Shown here: piece after piece, positions 42,801-52,528 of the stretch
Layout: every line of letters begins with the position of its first letter
Position numbering within the stretch: position 1 is the first letter of the stretch
Assembly: GCA_041725915.1 (NCBI GenBank)
Contig: JBGRPZ010000007.1
Span: forward strand, 1,160 to 65,159
Direction of reading: 5' to 3'
DNA from: Hyphomicrobiales bacterium
GTDB lineage: Bacteria > Bacteroidota > Bacteroidia > Bacteroidales > JBGRPZ01
Length of the DNA stretch: 64,000 nucleotides
The notes under the pieces: model-generated
Seen by the model: only the letters and a program-made list of their open reading frames with translations
What the model was told of the DNA's origin: nothing
The model's database searches: none
Translations under genes and position numbers: made by a program

Positions 42801-42841
42801 TGATTATTGTCCCTATATTATATTCTATATTCACGAAATAG
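39806..42841 (+). CDS. RND efflux permease (AcrB/AcrD/AcrF family)
   Basis: YPGANP, GLLVDNSIVVVEN, NNSIILVD, RFTPIILT. Confidence 0.95.
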   Translation: MKLPKYAVDNIQFTTIIFIVLLILGLNSFFSMPRTEDPPVNGNACTVVVIYPGANPKDLEQLIADPIEDGINELDEIKKIKTELRDGLCFMNIYFDNRANSEKVYDKVTEKLNNLKNDLPEDIYDMLWFPWESTDTKVFTLAMISDSVPYCSMEEYSENLKKALNRIKSIKKVDVDGYPKQTINILMDMEKMAGMNIDFTDVIKAIQSENQNIPGGGVIIGGNRFSIQTSGSYKDIEGIRNTIVSSYLGRLIYLKNIAKIEQGYEDEKYKARHNGHRAIFVSATQKDGFNIFDTFDQIYLVVDEFKSTLDPNVHMEYVLDQSIGVSHRINQFLLNLLEGIILVGIVIIFAIGIRSSLIIMTAIPLSIIVGLFFVDISGYGLQQISIGGLVLALGLLVDNSIVVVENVDRFKKSGLGSRESAIKGASQVGWPVISSTVTTILAFIPILMIEGVAGDFVRSLPTTVIYVLAASLLISLTLSPLLSSSLLSKGKSQRESRLQKLLNKIINGSYQNTLNYVLVRRKRVLFVTLLIFIGAIFLFSFGITKSFFPKAEKPEFLININAATGSSLDNTNDIAKEIETYLDTLPEIKSYSTAVGHGFPKVYYNQGESSFDPSLAVIYVEVNNYHPKRLEAVVNKIRKHYANYSGAKIEVKEFEQGAPVDAPITLRVTGKNLNILQKIASDIADTTMNTVGAVNVNNQLDKSQTDIKVNINKDKALQLGIPLSIIDYAIRTAVNGNPISDYRDKNGKQFDIILRQDFHKNVHVNIFKKIWIKSLSGRMIPLNEVTNLEFDNSPALITRYNKERCAAILSDVKKGYSANAVTQTILDKLENYKYPEGYRLIVEGDTEQMKESFGSMGIAAIIALIAIFAVLVLQFKSLLQPLIIYSAIPLAVIGSFVALYITGNYFSFTAFIGLTSLIGIVINNSIILVDYTNLLVRKEKHKIIDAVIKAGKIRFTPIILTTLTTIGGLLPLTLTGGPIWAPLGWTIIGGLAFSTFLTLIIVPILYSIFTK

Positions 42842-43097
42842 CTCCAAAACTCAGTCTACATAAAATAACCAAAAACGACACTAATATAATATTATACATT
42901 ATCTGAAAATCATTATTAAAGGCGCAAACATATATTGTAAGTAGACCTTTTAAAAGAAATTAGCTATATATTATAGAAGTAATAATATTATAGAAATATA
43001 AAAAAAATTCGATAATTTGTTGTTTCTTTATCCTGCAATTTAATATTTAAAGGTAATATTATTTGGGTAAAAACTGGAACTAACCAAAAATATAACA

Positions 43098-46000
43098 ATG
43101 AAGCAGTTGTACAATTTGGGGAAAATGTATAGCATGTACAGCAAACACCTCGCTTTTTTAATAACAATAACAGTATTTTTCATTGGAAATAAATCCATTT
43201 TAGCACAAGAAGCTTTTACAATTAAGAAATGTAACACAAAACAAGATGTAGTAGAAATCATAGAAAAGGTCTTTCTAAAGGAAATAGGTAAGCAAGGATT
43301 AATAACAAACATAAAGGTACAAGGGAACTGGCAATGCTTTGGTTCTTTTACAAATGGAGGCTATATCGGTTTTGATGAGGGCATTATGATGACCACTGGC
43401 AAGGCTGATGACTTTGTTGGCCCTAACCAAGCGGCAAGCAAAGGTGGTGGAATGAAAGGAAAAGGAGACTTAGATCTCAGTAAAATGGCTGGTGATCTCA
43501 ATACTTTTGATGCCTGTATCATTGAATTTGACTTCGTGCCTACTGCTGATTCTATTCAATTCACATATGTTTTCGCTTCTGAAGAGTATAATCAATTCGT
43601 AGACTCTAAATATAATGATGTGTTTGGCTTTTTGATCAGTGGCCCGGGCATTACAGGTCCTTTCAGCAAAAACTCTATGAACATAGCTTTAGTACCAGGA
43701 TCTACAGACTACATATCCATCAACAACGTCAATTGTGGTAAGAAAGGGAACTATAAAGAAGCTCCTACAGGCCCTGGCAAAAATTGTGAATATTACCGCT
43801 ATAATGATCAGTTCAGTGGAGAAGAAGCAAAAAAAGCTTTTGAGTTCAATGGGTTTACAGTCCCTTTGGTTGCTAAGGCTAAGGTCACACCATGTAAAGA
43901 GTACCACCTGAAGTTAGCTATTGCAGATGTAAATGATGGTTCTTATGGCTCTGGAGTATTCCTCAAATCCGGAAGTTTTGATATAGAAAAGTATAAAGTC
44001 AACTTCCTTGTCTCAAAGCCAAATTTCGATAAGCATGCTATTGAAGGTTGTAACAATCCTATATTGAAAGTAAAGTTCAAAAAGCCAGTTGAAGAACCCT
44101 TTACCCTTCCTCTATCATATATAGGTAATACAGATGATGAAGACTTTGAATATTTACCAAATGTCTTAACAATAGAAAAAGGAGACACCGAAATAAATCA
44201 GGAGTTTATTACAATTAAAGATGATCTTGCTGAAGATGATGAATGGTTAAAAATCTCCTATCCATCAAATCTTTGCGATGGAGCTTCTGATGTTACTGAC
44301 TCCGTTCTTATAAGAAACTACGAGCCTTTAACTGTAAAACCTCTCTCTAACTATAAGTTCGAATGTGGGAAAACCATAAAAATAAAACCTAACATCTTAA
44401 AGGGAACTACTCCTTTCTCTTATTTCTATAATGATATACAAGGAGACGAGCAGCATAATATCACCATCAATAATGACGAAGAAATAAAAATAACTGTTCA
44501 GGATGTATGTAAAGTAGAGCATACTCAAACGATAAAGGTGGCTATGATAAAGCCTAATGTCTTTTGTGGTCCTGACCTTAAGGTTTGTCCTGATGATTTT
44601 ATTACCATAAACGCAAATTCTACCGGCTCTTTGAACTGGAAACAAGATGGTCTTTCTATGGGTAAAGATGGGGAATCAACAGTTGACATCGTTATAGATG
44701 ACAATACTGATATTATTGCATCTACTACTGATGGCTGTGGAAATACTGCTGCCGATACAGTAAAAATTCAAGTCATTAGATCAACAGTAGATATGGAAGC
44801 TGAGAAGAATGTATGCCCGCTTTCAACTACATTATTGACAGCTCCCCAAGGAAATTCCTATTTATGGAGTACTGGCGAAATTACTCAAAGTATAGAAGTG
44901 TCTCCAGAGGCAGATACTAAATATACTGTTGCTGTTACTAACAGTTGTGGTAATACTGGCGATGGTAGCACCATGGTAAAGTTAAAGCCTAAAGGAATTG
45001 CTGACGCTGGCCCTGATGTTACTCTATGTTATGGTGAAACCCTATCAGTATATGGTAAAGGAGGTAGCAATGCTGAATGGTATAATAGTAAAGGTAAGCT
45101 CATTACTAACCAACGATCTCTTCAGGTTATTCCAATGATGGACACTTATTATGTATTAAAAACCTATGGTACTTGTTTAGGTATTGATACTGTCTTTGTA
45201 GATTTGATCGAACTTCCTCCTGTAAAAATAAATACACTGGAAGAACTTATATGTCCAAAGGAACCAATATCGCTAGCTGCGTCAGGAGCTAACGCCTATG
45301 AATGGACTTCTACTCCTACTGACATAACATTATACAATCAGATAACAAAGGAAGTTGTTACCGTTGTCCCTACTGATAACACTAAATATATCGTCAAAGG
45401 TACAGATAACAAGACAGGATGTATCAATAGTGATACTGTGGATATTTACCTGAAAGAGTTGCTTACTTCAACATTCAAGATCAATGCCGATACTCTTTGT
45501 CAACATGATAATTGTATAATTACATTCACTGGTACAACTCCAAAAAGCGATAATTCTATGCGGTGGCAACTAGGAGGTGGCAAAAAGGTTGATAATGCAC
45601 ATAATTCTTTCACTCTCACTTTTGACACTCCCGGAGACAAAAAAATATCCCTTCAGGTGGCAGAGAATGGATGTCAATCTGAACAAACAACAAAAGATAT
45701 ATATATTGAAGCAAAACCAGTATTACAACTTACTGTCTCTGATACTCTATTTTGCACAGGTAAGGTGATAAATGTAAAAGCATCTGGTCATAATTATGAT
45801 AAATGTAATGCTAACTGGGAAACAAATGGAGGTGATGCAGCCATAGATAAGTTTAATCCTTTCAATATCTCGTGGGAAAAAGGAGGAAAAAAGAAGATAT
45901 TAGTACATGCGCGAAGCAAATATTGTAGTTCAAAAGCCTATGAAGACGTTAGAGTTGTCGACTACCCTATCGTAGATTACTTCATTGACAAAACAGAACA

Positions 46001-47003
46001 ATGTGCCCCTGCCGTATTTAATATAGAGTACGATGGAGATGTTGACATGAAAGATCTAGACTTTAAATGGTCGTTGAATGGGATGTCTACTTTCGGAAAC
46101 CTTCCATATACTCAGGTACAACTCCCTGTCATTGGTTCATATGATTTAAAGCTTCTTGTGGGCAGAGAAAAATTATGTTATGATAGCATCGAGAAGAAGA
46201 GCGTCCTCAATGTATATGATTCCCCAATCTCAGATTTTGACTTCAATAACCAAGAGGGATGTAGCCCCTTAAGCTACAGTTTTATCAATAAAACAATAGA
46301 GAATCACCCTCTTGAATATCAATGGTTAGTTAATGATATAGTTGTTGATAACACTAAAGATCTTGAATATATCTTTAATCGTGAAGGCACACACAGTGTT
46401 GGCCTAATAAGTATATCTGATAAAGGATGTAGTGACACTCTTTATGCTGACAATATAATTAAGATCTTTCCTTCTCCGGAGTCAGGCATTCGTTGTAATT
46501 ATGTGAAAATAGCAATGAATGACCCAAGTGTAAAATTCTCTCCCTCCAAGGTTGAAGATGGTTGGAGTTATAAATGGGTGCTCCCTGTCAATGACACTAT
46601 AGAGTCAATACATGCCAGAAAAAGATTCAGTGAAGAAGGTGATATTGAAGTCGATCTTATAACAACTAATAAATTCGGTTGTAAATCCATTACAACAAAG
46701 ATGTTTGAAGTCTTCAAAGCAAAGGTCTTTATCCCTAACGCCTTTACCCCTAATGGTGATGGCCTGAATGATAGACTTAATTTTATGCTTTGGGGAATAA
46801 AGGAATTTGAAGCTTATATTTTTGATCGTTGGGGAAGAGAAGTTCATTCATTCACCAACGATGATATTGACACATACGGCTGGTGGGATGGGAAAGTTAA
46901 TGGTCATGATGTCGCTAAAGGCGTTTACATCATAAAGATCAATTATATACTCCAAAATAATGAACCCGGCGAATATAGAGGTATAGTCAATTTATTAAGA
47001 TAA
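43098..47003 (+). CDS. choice-of-anchor-L / Ig-PKD repeat surface protein with T9SS type-B sorting domain
   Basis: YVFASEEY..FNDVF-like motif, KLAIADV; C-terminal IPNAFTPNGDGLND...IFDRWG...WDG. Confidence 0.87.
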   Translation: MKQLYNLGKMYSMYSKHLAFLITITVFFIGNKSILAQEAFTIKKCNTKQDVVEIIEKVFLKEIGKQGLITNIKVQGNWQCFGSFTNGGYIGFDEGIMMTTGKADDFVGPNQAASKGGGMKGKGDLDLSKMAGDLNTFDACIIEFDFVPTADSIQFTYVFASEEYNQFVDSKYNDVFGFLISGPGITGPFSKNSMNIALVPGSTDYISINNVNCGKKGNYKEAPTGPGKNCEYYRYNDQFSGEEAKKAFEFNGFTVPLVAKAKVTPCKEYHLKLAIADVNDGSYGSGVFLKSGSFDIEKYKVNFLVSKPNFDKHAIEGCNNPILKVKFKKPVEEPFTLPLSYIGNTDDEDFEYLPNVLTIEKGDTEINQEFITIKDDLAEDDEWLKISYPSNLCDGASDVTDSVLIRNYEPLTVKPLSNYKFECGKTIKIKPNILKGTTPFSYFYNDIQGDEQHNITINNDEEIKITVQDVCKVEHTQTIKVAMIKPNVFCGPDLKVCPDDFITINANSTGSLNWKQDGLSMGKDGESTVDIVIDDNTDIIASTTDGCGNTAADTVKIQVIRSTVDMEAEKNVCPLSTTLLTAPQGNSYLWSTGEITQSIEVSPEADTKYTVAVTNSCGNTGDGSTMVKLKPKGIADAGPDVTLCYGETLSVYGKGGSNAEWYNSKGKLITNQRSLQVIPMMDTYYVLKTYGTCLGIDTVFVDLIELPPVKINTLEELICPKEPISLAASGANAYEWTSTPTDITLYNQITKEVVTVVPTDNTKYIVKGTDNKTGCINSDTVDIYLKELLTSTFKINADTLCQHDNCIITFTGTTPKSDNSMRWQLGGGKKVDNAHNSFTLTFDTPGDKKISLQVAENGCQSEQTTKDIYIEAKPVLQLTVSDTLFCTGKVINVKASGHNYDKCNANWETNGGDAAIDKFNPFNISWEKGGKKKILVHARSKYCSSKAYEDVRVVDYPIVDYFIDKTEQCAPAVFNIEYDGDVDMKDLDFKWSLNGMSTFGNLPYTQVQLPVIGSYDLKLLVGREKLCYDSIEKKSVLNVYDSPISDFDFNNQEGCSPLSYSFINKTIENHPLEYQWLVNDIVVDNTKDLEYIFNREGTHSVGLISISDKGCSDTLYADNIIKIFPSPESGIRCNYVKIAMNDPSVKFSPSKVEDGWSYKWVLPVNDTIESIHARKRFSEEGDIEVDLITTNKFGCKSITTKMFEVFKAKVFIPNAFTPNGDGLNDRLNFMLWGIKEFEAYIFDRWGREVHSFTNDDIDTYGWWDGKVNGHDVAKGVYIIKINYILQNNEPGEYRGIVNLLR

Positions 47004-47162
47004 ATACAACAATAAAGAGCTGTTTTTCAAGAAGACAGCTCTTTGTCTTCCTTCCATAAAAGAATCTTCATCAATACTAGCCAAATAAAAATTCGTTGAT
47101 AAAGTAGTTTTCTTTCTCAAATTTGATTAAATTAGACTCAATTCATATTAACTAGTTTAACC

Positions 47163-47510
47163 ATGACAAGAAAGATTCATACTTCCTTATTATTATTTTT
47201 CATATTGCTGGGATTGAGCATCGAAATTCCACACATCATAAAACAAGAGAAAGCCATAAGAGCTTCTAAAGAAAAGAATTTTGTAGCAGTCAAAAAGACA
47301 TCAGAAAGCAATAGCATCAACATCTATAGACAAGACGGGAAACTATTATCCACCACCTACTATTCAAACTCCAAAAGGCATGGTACATTTATCGAATATC
47401 ACAAGAATGGGGAAATAAGACTTTTGGCTAATTACATCAATGGATGGAAGAAAGGAGATCAATTTCTTTATAATAATCAAGGGGAACTAATACGGAAATT
47501 TTTCTACTAA
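47163..47510 (+). CDS. MORN-variant repeat (YwqK-like) protein
   Basis: HGTFIEYHKNG, YINGWKKG, YNNQG; N-terminal TM. Confidence 0.65.
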   Translation: MTRKIHTSLLLFFILLGLSIEIPHIIKQEKAIRASKEKNFVAVKKTSESNSINIYRQDGKLLSTTYYSNSKRHGTFIEYHKNGEIRLLANYINGWKKGDQFLYNNQGELIRKFFY

Positions 47511-47520
47511 AAACAAAAAA

Positions 47521-47620
47521 AGGGTAAGCTACCTGCGTCGCACTGCTACAACCTCATACCCTTGCTGCCTTCCGGCCCTGGGGGATTCTGAGGGAGCTAG
47601 TCGCACAGGACTTACCCGGC
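47521..47620 (-). ncRNA. ffs: signal recognition particle (4.5S) RNA
   Basis: Minus strand has domain IV CCAGGGCCGGAAGGCAGCAAGG inside a long hairpin closed by GGGTAAG/CTTACCC. Confidence 0.93.
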
Positions 47621-47900
47621 CACAAAGATAGAAAAAAGTTGGTAAATACAAGTTTTTTTCATCCTTTCTGAGAAAAAAAATCATATCACAATATATACCA
47701 ATACTATACAACTGCATTTTTTTTACAAAAAAGAAGAAATCCAGCCCCACTCTACTATAAAACGCTAATATCCCCCCGAAAATCCAGTTGAATTTCTATA
47801 AATCTTCCTCTTTTTCCACAAAAGTCTCTCATAAAATCTCAAAAAGACATTCTTTTCTCTTCTTTTCGGCAAATTTTGTCCTTGCCTGCGTTTTTATAAA

Positions 47901-48045
47901 TCCTCCCCCAGAAAAATAAAGTTTCATCCCCTGATGAACATCAATCTTCCCACTGACACTCATCCATTCTCCCCTTGACACTCACCCATCTTCCTACTGA
48001 CAACCATTCATCTTCCCCCCGACATTTATGCATTCTTCCCCCGAA
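47901..48045. repeat. degenerate ~22-bp periodic array (7 units)
   Basis: TCTTCCCNNNGA-type cores at ~47901, 47924, 47945, 47967, 47989, 48011, 48034. Confidence 0.7.
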
Positions 48046-48265
48046 GAATCAAAATATGTAATATTACAAATATCAAAAGGTCTAAAGACACCCCTACAAC
48101 CTCTAAATAAACGATTGTTTTTCAGTAATATAAAATTAGCTTAACCCAACAATACACATCAACTATATTTCTCTATATTAATTAAAAATAAGGCTAGGAA
48201 GAACATCATTCTTAATAATTCTTAATTTGCGCCGTTTATAAAGTAACCTAAAAAACAGCTTTAAA

Positions 48266-49729
48266 ATGATTAGTTTTCTTACTGCAATTGTAGCACTTAT
48301 AGCAGGCTATTTTGTATATGGTGTTATTGTAGAAAAAATATTTGGGGCAGATCCCAAAAGACCTACACCAGCAATTACAAAAGCCGATGGTGTGGACTTC
48401 GTCCCAATGCCAATTCGAAAGATCTTTCTTATTCAATTCTTAAACATTGCCGGTCTGGGGCCTATATTTGGTGCTATTGCTGGAGCATTATGGGGGCCAG
48501 TAGCTTTTCTATGGATCGTATTTGGGTGCATCTTTGCAGGAGCTGTTCACGATTATCTTTCAGGGATGATCTCATTAAGACACGATGGAGCCAGCCTACC
48601 AGAGATAGTAGGTAAATATCAGGGCAAAGGCATGCAAAACTTTATGCGCTTCTTTGCTGTCATACTACTTGTCCTTGTAGGGGCAGTATTTATCAAAGGC
48701 CCGGCAAGTATACTTCACGATCTTACAGGAGTTAACACATTAATTCTAGCAGGAGCAATATTTATATATTATCTTATTGCAACCTTAGCACCAGTAGATA
48801 AAATCATTGGAAAAATCTACCCTGTATTTGGGTTATCATTGCTTATTATGGCAGTAGGAATATTCTTTGCTTTAGTATTTGGAGGCTATAATATTCCTGA
48901 AATCTCTCTTGATTCATTTGCAAATATGCATAACTCCCCTGATGAGTTCCCTGTATTTCCTATGTTATTTATAACCATTGCTTGTGGGGCTATCAGTGGC
49001 TTCCACGCAACACAATCCCCTATGATGGCAAGATGTATGACCAACGAGCTTCACGGGCGTAAGATATTTTATGGAGCAATGATTTCAGAAGGTATAGTTG
49101 CTTTAATATGGGCAGCAGCATCAATGAGTTTCTTTGGAGGCGTTGAAGCACTAGCAACAACAATGGCCAGAGAGGGTAACAATGCAGCATGGGTTGTCAA
49201 TGAGATATGTAATACAACTTTAGGTAGAATTGGAGGAGCTTTAGCCATTATAGGCGTTGTAGCAGCCCCTATCACATCAGGAGATACTGCCTTCAGGAGT
49301 GCAAGACTTACTATTGCAGATGCATTAGGATTCAGCCAGAAACCAATCTCAAAACGATTACTTATCTCTATCCCTTTATTTGTAGGAGGTTTGGTACTTA
49401 CTCAAGTTAACTTTGGTATCATATGGAGATATTTCGGCTGGGCAAATCAGACATTAGCAACAATTACTTTATGGACATTAGTATTGTATCTAGCAAAGAA
49501 ATCAAAGCCTTATGTATTTGTATTGATCCCTGCAATCTTTATGACAGCAGTCATATTCACATATATCTTAGTAGCACCAGAGGGCTTTGCTCTCGATCTA
49601 AATCTGGGATACATAATAGGTATTAGCTTAACAGCAATTGTAACATTGATCTATCTTCTCGTTATCAGACGAAGGTCTACAGAAGGAGTGTTACAGGTTG
49701 AGCCTGAAAAAGTCAAAGTAGATAATTAA
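48266..49729 (+). CDS. cstA: carbon starvation protein A family transporter
   Basis: FLNIAGLGPIFG, GAVHDY, TIACGAISGFH, ITSGDTAFRSAR. Confidence 0.93.
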   Translation: MISFLTAIVALIAGYFVYGVIVEKIFGADPKRPTPAITKADGVDFVPMPIRKIFLIQFLNIAGLGPIFGAIAGALWGPVAFLWIVFGCIFAGAVHDYLSGMISLRHDGASLPEIVGKYQGKGMQNFMRFFAVILLVLVGAVFIKGPASILHDLTGVNTLILAGAIFIYYLIATLAPVDKIIGKIYPVFGLSLLIMAVGIFFALVFGGYNIPEISLDSFANMHNSPDEFPVFPMLFITIACGAISGFHATQSPMMARCMTNELHGRKIFYGAMISEGIVALIWAAASMSFFGGVEALATTMAREGNNAAWVVNEICNTTLGRIGGALAIIGVVAAPITSGDTAFRSARLTIADALGFSQKPISKRLLISIPLFVGGLVLTQVNFGIIWRYFGWANQTLATITLWTLVLYLAKKSKPYVFVLIPAIFMTAVIFTYILVAPEGFALDLNLGYIIGISLTAIVTLIYLLVIRRRSTEGVLQVEPEKVKVDN

Positions 49730-50128
49730 GTAATGATGAAAGAAAGAGGTTTTAACTTAAAGTTAAAGCCTCTTTTTATATCATCTCCCATATAATATAT
49801 TTCTCTAGAATAGTAACAGTCTCATACCTCAACAAATACGCTGATAATTACCTCTCCTCCTCTGAAATAAACAACATAAGAATAAGCTTATCTACTCAAA
49901 AACCACAAAAAGTTATTTTATTTAACATTAATTAATAAAAGTACATAAGCTAGTATTCATCAGTCACAGAGCTTATATAGAATATAAATAGTAAGCCTAA
50001 TATGCACTGAGTTTTGAATAATTGTTTCCTTAGTGCGTTAAAAGAAGAAACTCAAAACTCACCTCCGTACGAACTACTTAAATAACTCCTATTTCCTCAC
50101 TCAAGAGGAATCTTTAAATTGCTATGAA

Positions 50129-51607
50129 ATGATTACTTTTCTTGTTGCAATTGCAGTCTTAATTATAGGTTATCTTATATATGGCGTGATTGTAGAAAAA
50201 ATCTTTGGTGCAAATCCAAAGAGGCCAACTCCTGCAATAACAAAAGCAGACGGAGTTGATTTTGTTCCTATGTCCGGTAAAAAGATATTCCTTGTTCAGT
50301 TCTTGAATATTGCAGGACTAGGACCAATATTTGGTGCTATATCAGGAGCTCTATGGGGTCCGGTAGCGTTTCTATGGATAGTATTTGGCTGTATATTCGG
50401 CGGTGCTGTCCATGATTATATTTCCGGAATGATTTCATTGAGAAGTGATGGAGCTAGTTTACCCGAAATTGTAGGGAAATATCAAGGCAAAGGCATGAAG
50501 AACTTTATGCGTTTCTTTGCAGTGATACTTCTTGTCATTGTGGGAGCAGTGTTTATCAAAGGCCCTGCTGTTATCCTTCACGATCTTACAGGACTCAATA
50601 CAGTAATTCTTGCAGTAATCATCTTTCTGTATTATTTAATTGCAACACTAGCCCCTGTAGATAAAATTATAGGTAAGGTTTATCCAATATTTGGATTGGT
50701 GTTGCTCATAATGGCATTAGGATTATTCTTTGCACTGATATTTGGTAAGATGCATATTCCAGAGATATCATTAAGCTCATTTACCAATTGGCATAGCTCA
50801 CCAGAGAAATTTCCTACTTTCCCTATGTTGTTTGTCACCATTGCCTGTGGAGCGATAAGCGGTTTCCATGCTACACAGTCTCCTATGATGGCTCGATGTA
50901 TGACCAATGAGCGACAAGGAAGAAAGATCTTCTATGGTGCAATGATAACAGAAGGTGTACTAGCATTGATATGGGCAGCAGTTTCCATGAGTTTCTTTGG
51001 AGGCGTTCATGAGCTAGGTACAGCAATGGCCAAAGAAGGTAATAACGCTGCATGGGTCGTCAACGAGATATGTAATACTACCTTAGGTAAAGTTGGAGGT
51101 GCATTAGCGATAATAGGAGTAGTTGCTGCCCCTATAACATCAGGCGATACCGCCTTCAGGAGTGCAAGACTTTCCATTGCAGATGCACTTGGTTTCAGTC
51201 AAAAGCCGATATCTAAACGACTAGCTATCTCTATACCTCTATTTGCAGCAGGTTTAATACTTACACAAGTAGACTTTGGCATCATATGGAGATATTTCGG
51301 CTGGGCTAATCAAACACTTGCAGCAATTACTTTGTGGACGCTGGTTCTATATATGGCGAAAAAATCAAAGCCTTATATAATTGTGTTAATTCCTGCAATC
51401 TTCATGACTGTAGTTATTACATCTTACATATTAGTTGCTCCAGAAGGTTTTGGATTAAAGCACAGCTTAGGTTATCTCATTAGCATTATAGTATCATTAA
51501 TTATCACACTGATATATCTATCCATAATAAAACGAAGATCAGTAGTGGTATCACTCAACAAAGCTAAAATAGAACCCAAGCCAGAAAAGGTTAAGGCCGA
51601 TAATTAG
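50129..51607 (+). CDS. cstA: carbon starvation protein A family transporter, tandem paralog
   Basis: Same motifs; colinear with the upstream copy including the C-terminal PEKVK.DN. Confidence 0.93.
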   Translation: MITFLVAIAVLIIGYLIYGVIVEKIFGANPKRPTPAITKADGVDFVPMSGKKIFLVQFLNIAGLGPIFGAISGALWGPVAFLWIVFGCIFGGAVHDYISGMISLRSDGASLPEIVGKYQGKGMKNFMRFFAVILLVIVGAVFIKGPAVILHDLTGLNTVILAVIIFLYYLIATLAPVDKIIGKVYPIFGLVLLIMALGLFFALIFGKMHIPEISLSSFTNWHSSPEKFPTFPMLFVTIACGAISGFHATQSPMMARCMTNERQGRKIFYGAMITEGVLALIWAAVSMSFFGGVHELGTAMAKEGNNAAWVVNEICNTTLGKVGGALAIIGVVAAPITSGDTAFRSARLSIADALGFSQKPISKRLAISIPLFAAGLILTQVDFGIIWRYFGWANQTLAAITLWTLVLYMAKKSKPYIIVLIPAIFMTVVITSYILVAPEGFGLKHSLGYLISIIVSLIITLIYLSIIKRRSVVVSLNKAKIEPKPEKVKADN

Positions 51608-51611
51608 AGTA

Positions 51612-51660
51612 TAAAAAAAGAAGAAATTCTGAAGTGGCTAGATTCAGGATTTCTTCTTTT
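51612..51660. terminator. bidirectional terminator
   Basis: aaaagaagaaattctgaa...ttcaggatttcttctttt. Confidence 0.8.
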
Positions 51661-51790
51661 AAAAGAATATATTATTATGTGTTGACTCTAATCTGCAAAA
51701 CGGCGAATAATGCTTTTTTAAAGTCTTTCAAAAATTAATAAGAACAGTAATAGCAAACTATAAAAGGCTTACATTTATAATCACTAACTG
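51612..51790 (-). ncRNA. candidate ~170-nt small RNA
   Basis: Minus-strand TATATTTG promoter (51794-51801), upstream palindrome, no credible ORF, ends in the terminator with a U-tract. Confidence 0.4.
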
Positions 51791-51821
51791 CGGCAAATAT
51801 AAAAGCAAAACACAAAGCAGT

Positions 51822-51843
51822 AAATACCTAAAACAAGGTATTT
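51822..51843. promoter_or_regulatory. palindromic operator, same motif as 14512
   Basis: AAATACCT-AAAACA-AGGTATTT. Confidence 0.6.
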
Positions 51844-51942
51844 TTTATATACAGTCTAAAATAACAAAGTAGGAAAGATGTATAAAAGAATAAGTTTATA
51901 CTTATCTTTATCAAAAGATTAATCAATCTATCCCAAAGTACA

Positions 51943-52443
51943 ATGAAAACATATTATCGCCTCATTATACTTTTATACACTTTTGCCTTAGCCTTGTATT
52001 TCTCACTTATTGTTTTCAATAACCTTGCTGATTATAATAGCAATTTCCTTTCAGTAAAAGGGATTTTAGACATGAGTGAAGTGATAAAAGACTCCATTGC
52101 CTGGCGAAGTATAGAGAGCCCATATATTCATCACACCTTTTATATACTTATCATCATCTTCGAGTTTATAATCGCTGTCTTATACTGGATTGGGTTTATA
52201 GATATGATAAGAACATTTAGACGAAGTTGGATCGAAAGACCTTCAGCTTTCAAGTGGGTTTCTGCTTCATCATTCATAGTGCTTCTTATATTTCTACTTG
52301 GGTTTGTTGTGATAGGTGGAGAGTTTTTTCTTTCCTACAGATCAGCAACAATAAACTCTGTCATACCGGGAATGAGGATATCAACAATCATTATATTCTA
52401 CATTATTCTTCAGATTCCATATTTAAGCAGAATGGAATTATAG
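51943..52443 (+). CDS. DUF2165 family membrane protein
   Basis: FNNLADYNSNF..V..IL.M, WRSI, GFVVIGGEFF. Confidence 0.78.
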   Translation: MKTYYRLIILLYTFALALYFSLIVFNNLADYNSNFLSVKGILDMSEVIKDSIAWRSIESPYIHHTFYILIIIFEFIIAVLYWIGFIDMIRTFRRSWIERPSAFKWVSASSFIVLLIFLLGFVVIGGEFFLSYRSATINSVIPGMRISTIIIFYIILQIPYLSRMEL

Positions 52444-52528
52444 TTATATTCTTATCTGTTTTCGTCTATAGATACAATAATGCAGGTAATTATTCATTTT
52501 CACCTAAACATAAAAATCAATAATTGCA

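Noticed and set aside
47163-47510. Toxin-antitoxin pair suggested by the YwqK-like protein
   Set aside because: No adjacent toxin gene; MORN-variant proteins are common on their own in Bacteroidetes.
47529-47750. 73-aa ORF from the track
   Set aside because: Overlaps the SRP RNA; spurious.
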